From positions 1 through 42,516 of the forward strand of contig JANNWD010000122.1 of the NCBI GenBank assembly GCA_031408315.1: 42,516 bases of DNA, read 5' to 3'. This document shows, piece after piece, positions 18,209-28,704 of this stretch (the first letter of the stretch is position 1; the number at the start of each line of letters is the position of its first letter). The DNA is from Bacteroidota bacterium. GTDB taxonomy: Bacteria > Bacteroidota > Bacteroidia > Chitinophagales > Chitinophagaceae. The translations under genes were made by a program, and so were the position numbers. Below the pieces are notes generated by a model. That model worked only from the letters and a program-made list of their open reading frames with translations. It ran no database searches and was not told where the DNA came from.

Positions 18209-19909
18209 ATGACTGGAAATCCCAGCCCAATTGCAAGAATATTTAATCTTGTTAAGCTAGAGAGTAAAGAAATTTCGGCAATATACTTTTATGCTATTTT
18301 AAATGGTTTAATATTGTTAGCTATCCCAGTAGGCATACAGGCGTTAATTGGTTTTGCACAAACAAATACAGCCTCTGCATCTATAGTAGTATTGATTGGC
18401 TTAATTGTACTAAGCGTTTTTATTGCAGGGCTTTTGCAAATAAAACAAATGCAATTAACAGAAAAAATACAGCAACGAATTTTTGTTAGATACTCTTTTG
18501 CAATAGCCAATAAAATACCAGCCTTAAAATTATCGTCGGTAGATAATTATTATTTACCTGAGTTAGTTAATCGTTTTTTTGATGTAACCACATTACAAAA
18601 AAGCCTAGCTAAATTGTTGTTAGATTTTCCGTTAGCTATTATTCAAATTGTTTTTGGCTTGGTATTACTTGCTTTTTACCATCCTGTGTTTATAGCATTT
18701 GGTTTAGTGCTTGTTATTGTAGTATATGCTATTTTATATTTTAGTGGCACAAAAGGTTTGCAAACTAGTATAGAGGAAAGTAACCACAAGTACAGTGTAG
18801 CAGCATGGTTAGAGGAAATGGCAAGAATAATTCGTTCTTTAAAATTCTCTAAATCGCCTCATTTTCATTTAACAAAAACAGATGCCAATGTTACTAATTA
18901 TTTAACCTCAAGAACAAAGCATTTTAAAATTTTAGAACTTCAGTTTAAAGCATTAGTAGGTTTTAAAACATTGGTAACAACAGCTATGCTTATTGTTGGC
19001 ACATTTCTTTTGTTACAACAACAATTAAATGTGGGGCAGTTTATTGCAGCCGAAATTGTAATACTTACTATTATAGCATCGGTTGAAAAGTTAATTAGCA
19101 ATTTAGATAGTGTGTATGATGTATTAACATCGGTAGAAAAAATTGAAAAAATAACCGACAAAGATGTTGAGGAAAGCGGAAGTTTACAACTACAAAATAA
19201 TAGACAAGGGATAGATATTAAAGTTAAGCATGCAACTTTTATTTACCCCAATCAAAAAGAAAATGTATTCAGTAATATTTCGTTTGAAATTAAGCCAAAC
19301 GAAAAAATTTGTATACAAGGAGATGAAGGAGTAGGCAAATCTTCTTTATTACGATTATTAACAGGATGCTATGAAAATTTTACTGGCATTATTTTAATAA
19401 ATGATATCCCTATAAAAAATTACAACTTACAATCGTTACGAGAAAAAACAGGGGTTGTAGTTAGTATGCAAGATATTTTTGAAGGTAGTTTATTGGATAA
19501 CATTGCAATGGGGCTTCCCAATATAGATATGCAACAAGTATTACAACACTGTAGACAAACAGGCTTAACCGATTTTTTAAATACCTTGCCTAATGGGTTT
19601 GATACTACCCTATCTGCCACTGGCAGAAAATTACCAGCTAATGTTATAAAGAAAATTTTATTGGTTAGGGCATTAATCAATCAACCAGCTTTATTATTAC
19701 TAGAAGAGCCTTGGCTAGGTTTAGAGGAAAACTATCAACATCAAATTAAAAATTTGCTTTTACATCAACTAAAAAACACCACTGTAGTTGTGGTTACTAA
19801 AGATGATGATTTTGCAAAAGAATGCGATAAAACAATTTTATTAAAAGTAGATGGCTGCCAAGTAATAAGTGGAACACCGCAAATGCCTGCTGGTGGAGAG
19901 GGTTTATAA
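18209..19909 (+). CDS. Type I secretion-like ABC transporter (TMD+NBD) with degenerate ATPase motifs
   Basis: TM domain and Walker A GDEGVGKS present. Signature reads LPANVIKK, Walker B reads LLLLEEP, and the H-loop His is absent (VVVTKD). ATG at 18209 chosen as start. Confidence 0.85.
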   Translation: MTGNPSPIARIFNLVKLESKEISAIYFYAILNGLILLAIPVGIQALIGFAQTNTASASIVVLIGLIVLSVFIAGLLQIKQMQLTEKIQQRIFVRYSFAIANKIPALKLSSVDNYYLPELVNRFFDVTTLQKSLAKLLLDFPLAIIQIVFGLVLLAFYHPVFIAFGLVLVIVVYAILYFSGTKGLQTSIEESNHKYSVAAWLEEMARIIRSLKFSKSPHFHLTKTDANVTNYLTSRTKHFKILELQFKALVGFKTLVTTAMLIVGTFLLLQQQLNVGQFIAAEIVILTIIASVEKLISNLDSVYDVLTSVEKIEKITDKDVEESGSLQLQNNRQGIDIKVKHATFIYPNQKENVFSNISFEIKPNEKICIQGDEGVGKSSLLRLLTGCYENFTGIILINDIPIKNYNLQSLREKTGVVVSMQDIFEGSLLDNIAMGLPNIDMQQVLQHCRQTGLTDFLNTLPNGFDTTLSATGRKLPANVIKKILLVRALINQPALLLLEEPWLGLEENYQHQIKNLLLHQLKNTTVVVVTKDDDFAKECDKTILLKVDGCQVISGTPQMPAGGEGL

Positions 19910-19988
19910 AAAATAAAATAATAGTAAAATGAATCAACATCAATCAAACGCATCAATACCCTCCCCCACTGGGAGAGTTGAAGAGGGC
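19874..19988. repeat. Degenerate REP-like doublet spanning the ABC stop and HlyD start
   Basis: ACCCTCCCCCACTGGGAGAGTTGAAGAGGGC (19958-19988) resembles the rlmD arm TCCCCCACTGGGGGAGATTTAGAGGGGGC; an inverted partial partner ggagagggt lies at 19895-19903. Confidence 0.62.
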
Positions 19989-21299
19989 TTCAACTTAAAA
20001 GCATATTCATTTATTTACCGGTATAATAAAAACAGTAAAATAAAATATTGGGCAATTGGTTTTATAATTGCCCTAGTCATTATTTTATTTTTACCCTGGA
20101 CACAAAATATACGAACAAGAGGCAGTGTAACCACACTACGACAAGAGCAACGACCCCAAGAATTAAACAGTATAATACCTGGTAAAATTGTAAAATGGTA
20201 TGTAAAAGAAGGAGATATAGTACAAGCTGGCGATACTATTTTACAAATTAGCGAAGTAAAAGATGATTATTTAGATCCCAATTTAATGAATAGAACTGGC
20301 GAACAATTGGATGCTAAACAATTAAGTGTAGAGTATTACAAAAACAAAGTAAATGCCACACAAACTCAAATTGGTGCATTGGGCAATAATCGTTTACTAA
20401 AACAATCGCAATTAGAAAATAAACTGATGCAATTAAAATTAAAACTACAAAGCGATAGTATGGATAATATTGCAGCTAATAACGATTACTCCATTGCTTC
20501 GTTGCAATTTAAACGGCAGCGTACAATGTTTGATAGCGGCTTGGTATCGCAAACACAATTAGAGCAACGTAATCAAGCTTTTCAAAATGCGTTAGCTAAA
20601 AAAATAAGTGCCGAAAATAAAATTGGTAGTACAAGACAAGATCTTACCATTGCAAGAATAGAAATGGATGCCATTAATCAAGATTATGTAGAAAAAGTTA
20701 GTAAAGCACAAGGCGATCAATTTCAAAGCCTAAGCCAAATTGCAGGAGGACAAGGCGATGTAGCTAAATTACAAAACCAATATAGTAATTATAATATTCG
20801 TAGCGGTATGTATTTTATTACTGCACCGCAAGCAGGGCAAATTGCAAAAGCAAAAAAAGCAGGCCTTGGCGAAATTATTAAAGATGGTGAAATGCTAGTA
20901 GAAATTGTGCCCAACAAAATTGATTATGCTGTTGAGCTTTTTGTAGAGCCTATGGATTTACCATTAATAAATGTGCAACAAAAAGTACGCTTTATGTTTG
21001 ATGGTTTTCCGGCAATTGTTTTTAGTGGTTGGCCCAATGCAAGCTATGGTACGTTTAGTGGAGAAGTAGTTGCAATTGAAAACTCTGTAAGCCCCAATGG
21101 TAAGTTTAGGGTGTTAGTAAAAGAAGATGTAGACTATAAAAAACGCTGGCCCAAAGAGTTAAAAATTGGAGCAGGTACACAAGGTATTGCCTTGTTAAAA
21201 AATGTATCGGTTTGGTATGAGTTATGGAGAAATATAAATGGGTTTCCGCCAGATTTTTATAAGCCTAAAAGTGTTGATGCCCCAAAAGACAAAAAGTAG
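19929..21299 (+). CDS. HlyD-family periplasmic adaptor
   Basis: N-terminal TM (LPWTQNI), lipoyl half-motifs (VKEGDIVQAGD; ITAPQAG), long coiled coil. Confidence 0.92.
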   Translation: MNQHQSNASIPSPTGRVEEGFNLKAYSFIYRYNKNSKIKYWAIGFIIALVIILFLPWTQNIRTRGSVTTLRQEQRPQELNSIIPGKIVKWYVKEGDIVQAGDTILQISEVKDDYLDPNLMNRTGEQLDAKQLSVEYYKNKVNATQTQIGALGNNRLLKQSQLENKLMQLKLKLQSDSMDNIAANNDYSIASLQFKRQRTMFDSGLVSQTQLEQRNQAFQNALAKKISAENKIGSTRQDLTIARIEMDAINQDYVEKVSKAQGDQFQSLSQIAGGQGDVAKLQNQYSNYNIRSGMYFITAPQAGQIAKAKKAGLGEIIKDGEMLVEIVPNKIDYAVELFVEPMDLPLINVQQKVRFMFDGFPAIVFSGWPNASYGTFSGEVVAIENSVSPNGKFRVLVKEDVDYKKRWPKELKIGAGTQGIALLKNVSVWYELWRNINGFPPDFYKPKSVDAPKDKK

Positions 21300-21391
21300 G
21301 AAAAAGAAAAATTATTGCAGGGTGATTTGATTTTTTAGGGCGACTTACAAAAAATAAAAAATACTTACAAGCACCTCATTCAATTCTAACA

Positions 21392-22795
21392 ATGAAAAAA
21401 ATATTTATTACAATAACCATTTTATGTTTTGTAAAAAACGTACAAGCACAGGATAGTTTAAAACAACTTTCGCTAAATAGTTTTTTGCAAATAGTAAAAA
21501 AATATCACCCTGTTGCAAAGCAAGCAGTAATTATTGTGAAAAAAGCGGATGCAAATTTAATAAGTGCCAAAGCAGGGTTCGATCCTATAGCAGGTGTGGA
21601 TGGTGGCAATAAAACATTTGATGGAATTAAATATTATCAAAATAACGAAGTACAATTAACTATTCCAACTTGGTATGGTATTGAAGTAAGTACAGGTATT
21701 GAATATTTGAATGGCAATAGAACAGACAATGCACAAACATTAGGTAAAACCAGCTTTGCTGGAGTAAGTATTCCGTTAGCAAAAAATTTGTTGATAGATA
21801 AACGAAGAGCGGCTTTACAACAAGCAAAAATAATGATAAACGCTTCTGAACAAGAGCAGCGATTATTATTAAACGATTTGTTGTTAGTTGCAGCCGAAGC
21901 TTATTGGAAATGGGTAGAAACATTTTATATTTATCAAACCTATACCAATGTAATTACCATAAATAATAGAAGGGTTGAGTTGGTAAAAACAGCCTTTAAA
22001 ATTGGTGAACGACCAGCTATTGATACTACAGAGACTTTAGCACAATTACAAAATTTTGAATATCTACAAAACGAAGCATTGTTGGCATGGCAAAATGCAG
22101 CTATACAGCTTAATACTTTTTTATGGAAAGATAATAATGCATCGTACGATTTACCGGACGATGTACAGCCCGACAAAAAAGTAAGTGAATTGTACGATGC
22201 GATTGTATTTGTTGAATTGAATAAATTAGTAGATGAGGCAAAAAAAAATCATCCAGCCTTAAATCTTTATCAATACAAATTACAATCGTTAGATATTGAA
22301 AAAAAATTAAAATTTCAGGATTTATTGCCCAAGCTGGATGTTAAATATAATCAACTAGGCAAGGGGTACAATGTTGCTAGCACTGCTACAAAAACATTGT
22401 TTGATAATAATTATAAATTTGGAGTAGGGTTTAGTATGCCGTTACGCCTTAGCCAAGGCCGTGGCGATTATAAATTAGCAAAACTAAAAATTACCGAAAC
22501 CACATTACAACAAAATGCTAAAGAAAATGAAATTGTAAATAAAGTAAAAAATTATTATAATCAATTAGTAAACTATAAGGTGCAGGTAAATTTGTTGCAA
22601 CGTAATTATCAAAATTATTATAGACTACAGCAAGGCGAAGAGGTTCGTTTTTTTAATGGAGAAAGTACTTTGTTTTTAGTAAATAGCCGAGAAACAAAAG
22701 CACTAGAAACCTTAATTAAACTAACAGAAGTTACCATAAAGTATAATAAAACGGCACAGGGGTTACAGTGGGCTGCTGGGCAGTTGTGGCAGTAA
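21392..22795 (+). CDS. TolC-family outer membrane efflux protein
   Basis: Signal peptide; two OEP repeats (HP motifs, SIPL/SMPL, GE motifs). Confidence 0.9.
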   Translation: MKKIFITITILCFVKNVQAQDSLKQLSLNSFLQIVKKYHPVAKQAVIIVKKADANLISAKAGFDPIAGVDGGNKTFDGIKYYQNNEVQLTIPTWYGIEVSTGIEYLNGNRTDNAQTLGKTSFAGVSIPLAKNLLIDKRRAALQQAKIMINASEQEQRLLLNDLLLVAAEAYWKWVETFYIYQTYTNVITINNRRVELVKTAFKIGERPAIDTTETLAQLQNFEYLQNEALLAWQNAAIQLNTFLWKDNNASYDLPDDVQPDKKVSELYDAIVFVELNKLVDEAKKNHPALNLYQYKLQSLDIEKKLKFQDLLPKLDVKYNQLGKGYNVASTATKTLFDNNYKFGVGFSMPLRLSQGRGDYKLAKLKITETTLQQNAKENEIVNKVKNYYNQLVNYKVQVNLLQRNYQNYYRLQQGEEVRFFNGESTLFLVNSRETKALETLIKLTEVTIKYNKTAQGLQWAAGQLWQ

Positions 22796-22824
22796 TAATT
22801 TTTTGACTTTATTACCTAAAACAC

Positions 22825-23556
22825 TTAAAAATTTGTAACGCAACTTACAACCAAACCATTATTTCGTTGCATAATTGTTTGGTTGTTTATACGCCTACCT
22901 TGTTGCAAAGTTTGATTAAAATAACCACCTTCAATACTTACTTTTTTATTTAGTTTATATCCAAGCAATAAAAATAATCTATTTTGATCAAAAATATTTA
23001 CGCCTACATTTTTACCAGCACCTATAAAAATTTCATCAGCAGCAGCAGCATACATTTTTTTTCCTAACGAATATTGCGTTCTAAATTGATAACGAAAGCG
23101 ATTAAGAAATAACCACTCCTCAATTTCTCTATCTGTACCAGCCTTTACCCTGCCAAGCCAACGTTGCTCAATCCTAAACCTATGTGTAAATAAAAATTTA
23201 TTTAGTGGTTGGCGTAAGGTTAATTGCTCATAAATTCTATGTTCTGGAAAAGTGCCATTATTAGCTAGTGGATATTTACCGTAAGGGAAAGTTTCTACCC
23301 AAGCATAACCAGCATGTAAAATTACATTATCGTTTATTTTATAATTTGCACCAAGCCTTAGTAAGCTTTGTTGCCAATTTTTTAAGCCATTATCTCTCCT
23401 CAATTGATACTCAACATACACACTCCATTTATTACTTAATGCAATGGTATTAAAACTTTGCAGCCAAACTAAGTTGTTATAATCATTTACTCTGTCGTTT
23501 TGTGCAATGGATTGCTGCCATTTAAAAAGAATAAAAATGACAATTAATTTTTTCAT
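22825..23556 (-). CDS. Outer membrane beta-barrel protein (DUF2490-like)
   Basis: Signal peptide, EHRIYEQ, HRFRIEQRW, FDQNR, terminal Phe. Confidence 0.82.
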   Translation of the reverse strand: MKKLIVIFILFKWQQSIAQNDRVNDYNNLVWLQSFNTIALSNKWSVYVEYQLRRDNGLKNWQQSLLRLGANYKINDNVILHAGYAWVETFPYGKYPLANNGTFPEHRIYEQLTLRQPLNKFLFTHRFRIEQRWLGRVKAGTDREIEEWLFLNRFRYQFRTQYSLGKKMYAAAADEIFIGAGKNVGVNIFDQNRLFLLLGYKLNKKVSIEGGYFNQTLQQGRRINNQTIMQRNNGLVVSCVTNF

Positions 23557-23574
23557 TAAAAACTATAATTTTTA

Positions 23575-25431
23575 TTAACTACTTCTAAATGCTACTGGGT
23601 GATCTAATTTTTTATGTAACCCTAAAAATATGCGTAAGTAAATACGAATAGCCGCTAACTCAATAAACAAAAAGCATAAAGCCAATATCGCAATTAGTGC
23701 ATATTGTGTAGCGCCTATATGTGTAAAAAAAACATCTATTCCAATAAACGCAGCAGTAATAGGAAAGCCTAATAAACCAAGTGCAGATAATAAAAATATA
23801 AAAGCGGTAGACTTTTGTTCATACACATAACCATGGTAATTATTTAAGCTAATATCGTTATCTATCTTTTTAATTTTGTATAAACAGATTGAACCTACAA
23901 CACTTGCCAAAGTAATACCACTTGCATACATAATTATTTGCAACCAATTTATTACACCTGTATTTTTTACAATAGCACAAATAATAAATACATGAGCCAT
24001 CCATAAATTTCCCCAAGCAAACGTTGCCGATTTACGAGACGAAAAAGAATGTAAAATAACAAGTAAAGCAATACTCATAAAAAGGATTGGTAAATAGCTG
24101 GAAATCGATTCAAAAATTGTTGGATGTAAAAATGTAGTAGTAATTGCTAAAAGCCCTAATATAATAATAATCAACCTTCCAAACCTATTTTCTAAAAAAC
24201 CTAACTGTCTTCCAATCCATTTAAACGGCATCCAAAAATAATTATGCAAAATGGTGTCCATATTCCACTCCTTAATACTGAGTGTATAAATAGAATTTTT
24301 AAGTTTGTTGTCGGCTGTTGAAGTATTGGCTTTATGATGAAAATATTGATGATGCACTAAGTAGTTTAATACCGATGGAGATACCAACAATTGATACGTT
24401 CTTAAAAAAGCATTGCCAGCAAAATGAATTAAAGCTAACCAGTGTAAGCCCAATGCTACTTCAATAAAAATAATACCAATTTGTGCAGCACTTGCATAAG
24501 CAATTTGTGTTTTTACGGTGGGTTGTACTCTTGCAACTAAAGATGCAATTATTGCAGTAATAGCACCAACGCAAATGATAATAATTTTTACTAAAGTAAC
24601 ATCTTGCCAAAATGGGTAAGTACGCAATAAAATAAACACACCAATATGTACACTTACCGAGCCATAAAAAATTGCACTACTGCTTGTTGGTCCTTCCATT
24701 GCTCTTGGCAACCAAGTGGTAAAAGGAAACTGTGCCGATTTTGCTACCGCTGCTAATACAAACATTAATGCAATAAACAAAGCCATACCAGAGTGTTGAT
24801 GTTCTACAGCCATTGCATTAGCCTCTGCCAATTGTGTAAACGATATATTTTGGTGGGTAAGATGATGCAACATCCACATAGCAAGTATTAAAGCAATATC
24901 GCTTAACCTGTAAATAGATAAAACTTTATAGGCATTTTTTACAGGTAAATATCTGTTTCTATAAAATGCTATTAATAAAAAAGAAGATAAACCAATAACT
25001 TCCCATCCAATAAATAAAGTTTCGAAATTGCCAGAAAAAATTATAAGATTAAACCCTAAAAGAAAAAATAAAAAGGTATTGAAAAAACGTTTAAAACCTT
25101 CATCTCTGTGCATGTAATAACGGCTAAATCTTGCTACAAAGAAAAATACAAAAGCACCAACAACACTATATATGGCAGTAATATAATCGTAATAAAAATT
25201 AAGTACAAACTCAAAATCATTGGTTTTATATAGGGTAACTAATTTATAGGTAATAGGTGTATAGCCTTTAATAAGCCACAAAATTGCAAAGCCAATTGAA
25301 GAAAATATATAAACACTGGTAACCATTTCAGCAATTGCAGCAATTGACTTTTCTTTTTTATTGGCAAAAAATAAATTTACAAGAAATGCAACAAAAGGCA
25401 ACACTATAAATAACGGTAATAGTTGATTCAT
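23575..25431 (-). CDS. dabB: DabB/MpsA-like proton-conducting membrane subunit (NuoL/MrpA-like)
   Basis: GWEVIGLSSFLLI, AKSAQFPFTTWLPRAMEGPT, KTQIAYAS; adjacent to a DUF2309 gene. Confidence 0.87.
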   Translation of the reverse strand: MNQLLPLFIVLPFVAFLVNLFFANKKEKSIAAIAEMVTSVYIFSSIGFAILWLIKGYTPITYKLVTLYKTNDFEFVLNFYYDYITAIYSVVGAFVFFFVARFSRYYMHRDEGFKRFFNTFLFFLLGFNLIIFSGNFETLFIGWEVIGLSSFLLIAFYRNRYLPVKNAYKVLSIYRLSDIALILAMWMLHHLTHQNISFTQLAEANAMAVEHQHSGMALFIALMFVLAAVAKSAQFPFTTWLPRAMEGPTSSSAIFYGSVSVHIGVFILLRTYPFWQDVTLVKIIIICVGAITAIIASLVARVQPTVKTQIAYASAAQIGIIFIEVALGLHWLALIHFAGNAFLRTYQLLVSPSVLNYLVHHQYFHHKANTSTADNKLKNSIYTLSIKEWNMDTILHNYFWMPFKWIGRQLGFLENRFGRLIIIILGLLAITTTFLHPTIFESISSYLPILFMSIALLVILHSFSSRKSATFAWGNLWMAHVFIICAIVKNTGVINWLQIIMYASGITLASVVGSICLYKIKKIDNDISLNNYHGYVYEQKSTAFIFLLSALGLLGFPITAAFIGIDVFFTHIGATQYALIAILALCFLFIELAAIRIYLRIFLGLHKKLDHPVAFRSS

Positions 25432-25471
25432 TTTTTAATTTTCTTTTAACTAAACTTTTCTTTAGCATTTA

Positions 25472-27997
25472 TTAATTTAATAAATGCACTTCTAAATTTT
25501 CTTTAGTAGCATGTACAATATGATTTGTTTCCATTTCTTTTGCACTTTCAATAAATACCTTCATATCATCAATTGTATTTAATGTTGTTGTTAATGGAGT
25601 GTATTTTTCAAATGTCCCATTTTTAAAATAATAAAAACATTTTTCTGTAGGGTGTAATGCTGCTATATGTACCCATTCATTTTTGTACCATTCAAAAACT
25701 TCATCCGATGATTGAATAGCTTTTAAAACAACCTCTGGTTTATGCTCTACAATAACTAACAAACGAACTGGGTCATGCACTTCAATCATTTGCCAAGGTA
25801 AGCCAGGGCGTAAATCACCATCGCTACTATTGGCTACGCCAAATAAACCCAATACATTATGAGGCAATTTTGTACCAGCACCCATTTTAATATTATCTAC
25901 TCTGCTAAAATAATATTCTAAATTAATACCGCCACAAACTAGCCCAATAGGTTTCATTACATTGGTTAAAATTGCTCCATCGGGGTCGGTGGTATAATCA
26001 TAGCTATTTAAAAAAGCTCTTCTATCCAAAAACAAGCCTTTAGTAACATCTCTTCTACCAATAATGGCTAAAGTGTTAGTACCATGCCCAAGCTCTGGCC
26101 TTGGTTCAAATAAAGAAACAGATCGGTTTAATATTGCTTTACGTACTTGCTGTAATTCGTTTTTTGTATTGATTGATGCAAAGCGGCGGCTACGTTCTTT
26201 TGCATTTAAATCGAGTGCAGTTTCAAACGATTGTATATTTTTTTGATGTTGTATTTTATTTACTTCATTTAAAATAGTATCAACGTAATAGCCAATTACA
26301 TCTGCAGCCGTATCATGCATTGCACCAATAAATTGTGTTGATGGTGGAATGGAAATGTTTTTTGCAGCAAGTACTTCTCTTACTTTCGGATGATTTAAAA
26401 TAAAAGACATTACCCTTGCATTGGTTGCACCTGGTCTGCCGCTACATGCTCCACAATCATGTGCACCATGGTGTGGATTATTTGCACTACTACTACCATG
26501 TGCTACAACATACACAATGGGTGCAAAATTTTTAACCATACCAATCCCACGTAAAAAACCTTCGGCTCTAGCAACCATTTCATCAATGGTGTATCCAATT
26601 TGCAATCCATTTTCTACATCTGCCTCATTTTTATTTTCTATAGTTAAAACAGATTGGTTATCCATATGGGAGTAAGCGTCGCTAATTGCAGGGCTCATTT
26701 TAGGAAAAAACAATAATTGTATTTTTTTTGCAAATGCCCAAAAACCAAACGGTATACTTAATAAAAAACCAGTTAAAAAACCATGAGTATTTTTGCTGTA
26801 GATGAGTTCTCCTTTTTTTGAACCTACTGCATCAAATTCTTTAATTAAAAACTTAGGCGTAACTGGTGCAGGGCAAAGTTTATCGTAAAATAAATTGTCT
26901 TGTTGTTTAAAGTAAAACTCTACACCAAAAAAACCAGGAGCACCAAAAGTTTCACAATTATTGTCTGTAGCTTCAATGTGTCGGCGTATAGAGCATTCTC
27001 GTTCATCTATACAAAAAATAGCAGCAAAACTTTTTTTATTTTCATTATCTTCCTCTCCACTTGCCAATAAAATTCCAGCCATTACGGTATCGTAATAGCT
27101 AAATTCAAAAGCATCTTGCCATAGCTCAATTACTTGGGCTAATTCATTTTTTGGAGCATCGGCAAATAAATTGATTGGGGCTTTTTTAGTAATGTTTGCA
27201 ATGGGCTGCCAATTGCTGCCTAACTTATTATTTAAAGCATCTAACTCCAGCAATAATTCAAAAGCAATAAATTCTTTTAAATTAATTTTTTTGGGGTCTA
27301 ATAAAGTTTGCGGATTATCCTCTACTGCACTTATAAAACCACTCCATCCATGATGGGCAAAGGCTTGATCAAATAAATACTGTTCAAAGTATTCATGTTT
27401 GCCAACAATTAATTGTAATAAATATTCTATAGTGTAGTTTCCGCTTAAAAAAAGCTGTTTAACTTTTTTTGTTTTAAAAAAACTTGCAAAACTATTTTGC
27501 TCAATATCTTTTATACTTTCAGTAAACGATTTGTTAGCTACAGGATATTTTTCTATGGCTACGCCTTGATCCAAAAAGCTACAAATAATTCTAAATAATA
27601 ACGGATGTACTTCATTATCTAAATCAAAATAAAAATACTCTTTCCAATACTTACGCAATTGCCCAATACGTGGCTCATTAATAGTATCGTATGAGTTATT
27701 AAGCAACTTTTGTTTCCAAACATCAATTGTATTAACCCCTTTTTTCTCTGTAATTATTTTATCTAATATATCTTCTCTTATTCTTTTAGTTTTGTATAAT
27801 TCTCTAAAATCTTTAAGTTCTAAACTTACTTGAAAGCCAAAAATTTTAGACGCTTTGTTTATGCCATCATAAAATTTCATGTGTTGAAAAGCATGTAATG
27901 AGTTGTGATGAATAAAATCTTTTAAAGCCTGTTGCGATGGCAAAAAATGTTTTAGTTCATGTATTGTATGTTCTTCGATAAATAAGTTTTTACTCAT
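25472..27997 (-). CDS. dabA: DabA/MpsB (DUF2309) inorganic carbon transporter subunit
   Basis: FIHHNSL, FCIDERE (Cys, Asp), AHGS (His), DCGACSG (Cys), INLEYYFS, GDLRPGLPWQ, HDPVRL. Confidence 0.92.
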   Translation of the reverse strand: MSKNLFIEEHTIHELKHFLPSQQALKDFIHHNSLHAFQHMKFYDGINKASKIFGFQVSLELKDFRELYKTKRIREDILDKIITEKKGVNTIDVWKQKLLNNSYDTINEPRIGQLRKYWKEYFYFDLDNEVHPLLFRIICSFLDQGVAIEKYPVANKSFTESIKDIEQNSFASFFKTKKVKQLFLSGNYTIEYLLQLIVGKHEYFEQYLFDQAFAHHGWSGFISAVEDNPQTLLDPKKINLKEFIAFELLLELDALNNKLGSNWQPIANITKKAPINLFADAPKNELAQVIELWQDAFEFSYYDTVMAGILLASGEEDNENKKSFAAIFCIDERECSIRRHIEATDNNCETFGAPGFFGVEFYFKQQDNLFYDKLCPAPVTPKFLIKEFDAVGSKKGELIYSKNTHGFLTGFLLSIPFGFWAFAKKIQLLFFPKMSPAISDAYSHMDNQSVLTIENKNEADVENGLQIGYTIDEMVARAEGFLRGIGMVKNFAPIVYVVAHGSSSANNPHHGAHDCGACSGRPGATNARVMSFILNHPKVREVLAAKNISIPPSTQFIGAMHDTAADVIGYYVDTILNEVNKIQHQKNIQSFETALDLNAKERSRRFASINTKNELQQVRKAILNRSVSLFEPRPELGHGTNTLAIIGRRDVTKGLFLDRRAFLNSYDYTTDPDGAILTNVMKPIGLVCGGINLEYYFSRVDNIKMGAGTKLPHNVLGLFGVANSSDGDLRPGLPWQMIEVHDPVRLLVIVEHKPEVVLKAIQSSDEVFEWYKNEWVHIAALHPTEKCFYYFKNGTFEKYTPLTTTLNTIDDMKVFIESAKEMETNHIVHATKENLEVHLLN

Positions 27998-28008
27998 TTT
28001 GTTATTGT

Positions 28009-28692
28009 TTAGCTCCTAAAATCATTTAATGAAAATTTAGGATTTTTATCATCATTGATATATAATACATCTTTACAAAATTGCACTTTGCCAGTTTGTA
28101 TATTATACATTGCACCTACTACTCCAATTTTTCCTTCTTCCAACATTTGCTCTAAAATATAACTACGTTCAATAATTTGCTCTGCACTTCTTTTTATGTT
28201 AATAGTGGCTACATTATCTACAAAGCTACTATTGGCAGAGGTTCTATTTTTTTTGGTTTTAGTTTCTTGATATACGGCTGGTTGTATTTTAGAAAGTAGC
28301 TCTGTTAAATTTCCCATTTCTACATGATCACAAGCGCCTTTAATTGCACCGCAAGCGGTATGGCCTAATACAACAATTAATTTTGAACCTGCAACTTTAC
28401 AAGCAAATTCCATACTTCCTATTATATCTGTATTTACAATATTGCCTGCTATACGTACAGAAAAAATATCACCTAATCCTTGGTCAAAAATTAATTCGGC
28501 ACCTGTTCTACTATCTATACAACTTAATATGGTTGCAAATGGCCATTGACCATCTCTTGTATCGTTAACTTGATCTAATAAATTTCGTTGTTTTTTTAAG
28601 TTTTTTACAAACCTATCGTTACCTTCTTTTAATATTTCTAAAGCCATCCGTGGTGTAAGGCTGGTTTGTGTATCTTTTGTATGTGCTCTCAT
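28009..28692 (-). CDS. Beta-class carbonic anhydrase
   Basis: LKEGNDRF, SCIDSR, RIAGN, GHTACGA zinc ligands. Confidence 0.95.
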   Translation of the reverse strand: MRAHTKDTQTSLTPRMALEILKEGNDRFVKNLKKQRNLLDQVNDTRDGQWPFATILSCIDSRTGAELIFDQGLGDIFSVRIAGNIVNTDIIGSMEFACKVAGSKLIVVLGHTACGAIKGACDHVEMGNLTELLSKIQPAVYQETKTKKNRTSANSSFVDNVATINIKRSAEQIIERSYILEQMLEEGKIGVVGAMYNIQTGKVQFCKDVLYINDDKNPKFSLNDFRS

Positions 28693-28704
28693 AATAATAT
28701 TTTT

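Noticed and set aside
21300-21391. 92-nt gap between hlyD and tolC with short similar motifs (agggtgatt/agggcgact, acttacaa twice)
   Set aside because: The repeats are too short to distinguish from chance and I see no stable structure.
23575-25431. NuoL-like gene as part of respiratory complex I or Mrp
   Set aside because: No other nuo or mrp genes are present; adjacency to DUF2309 indicates DabB.
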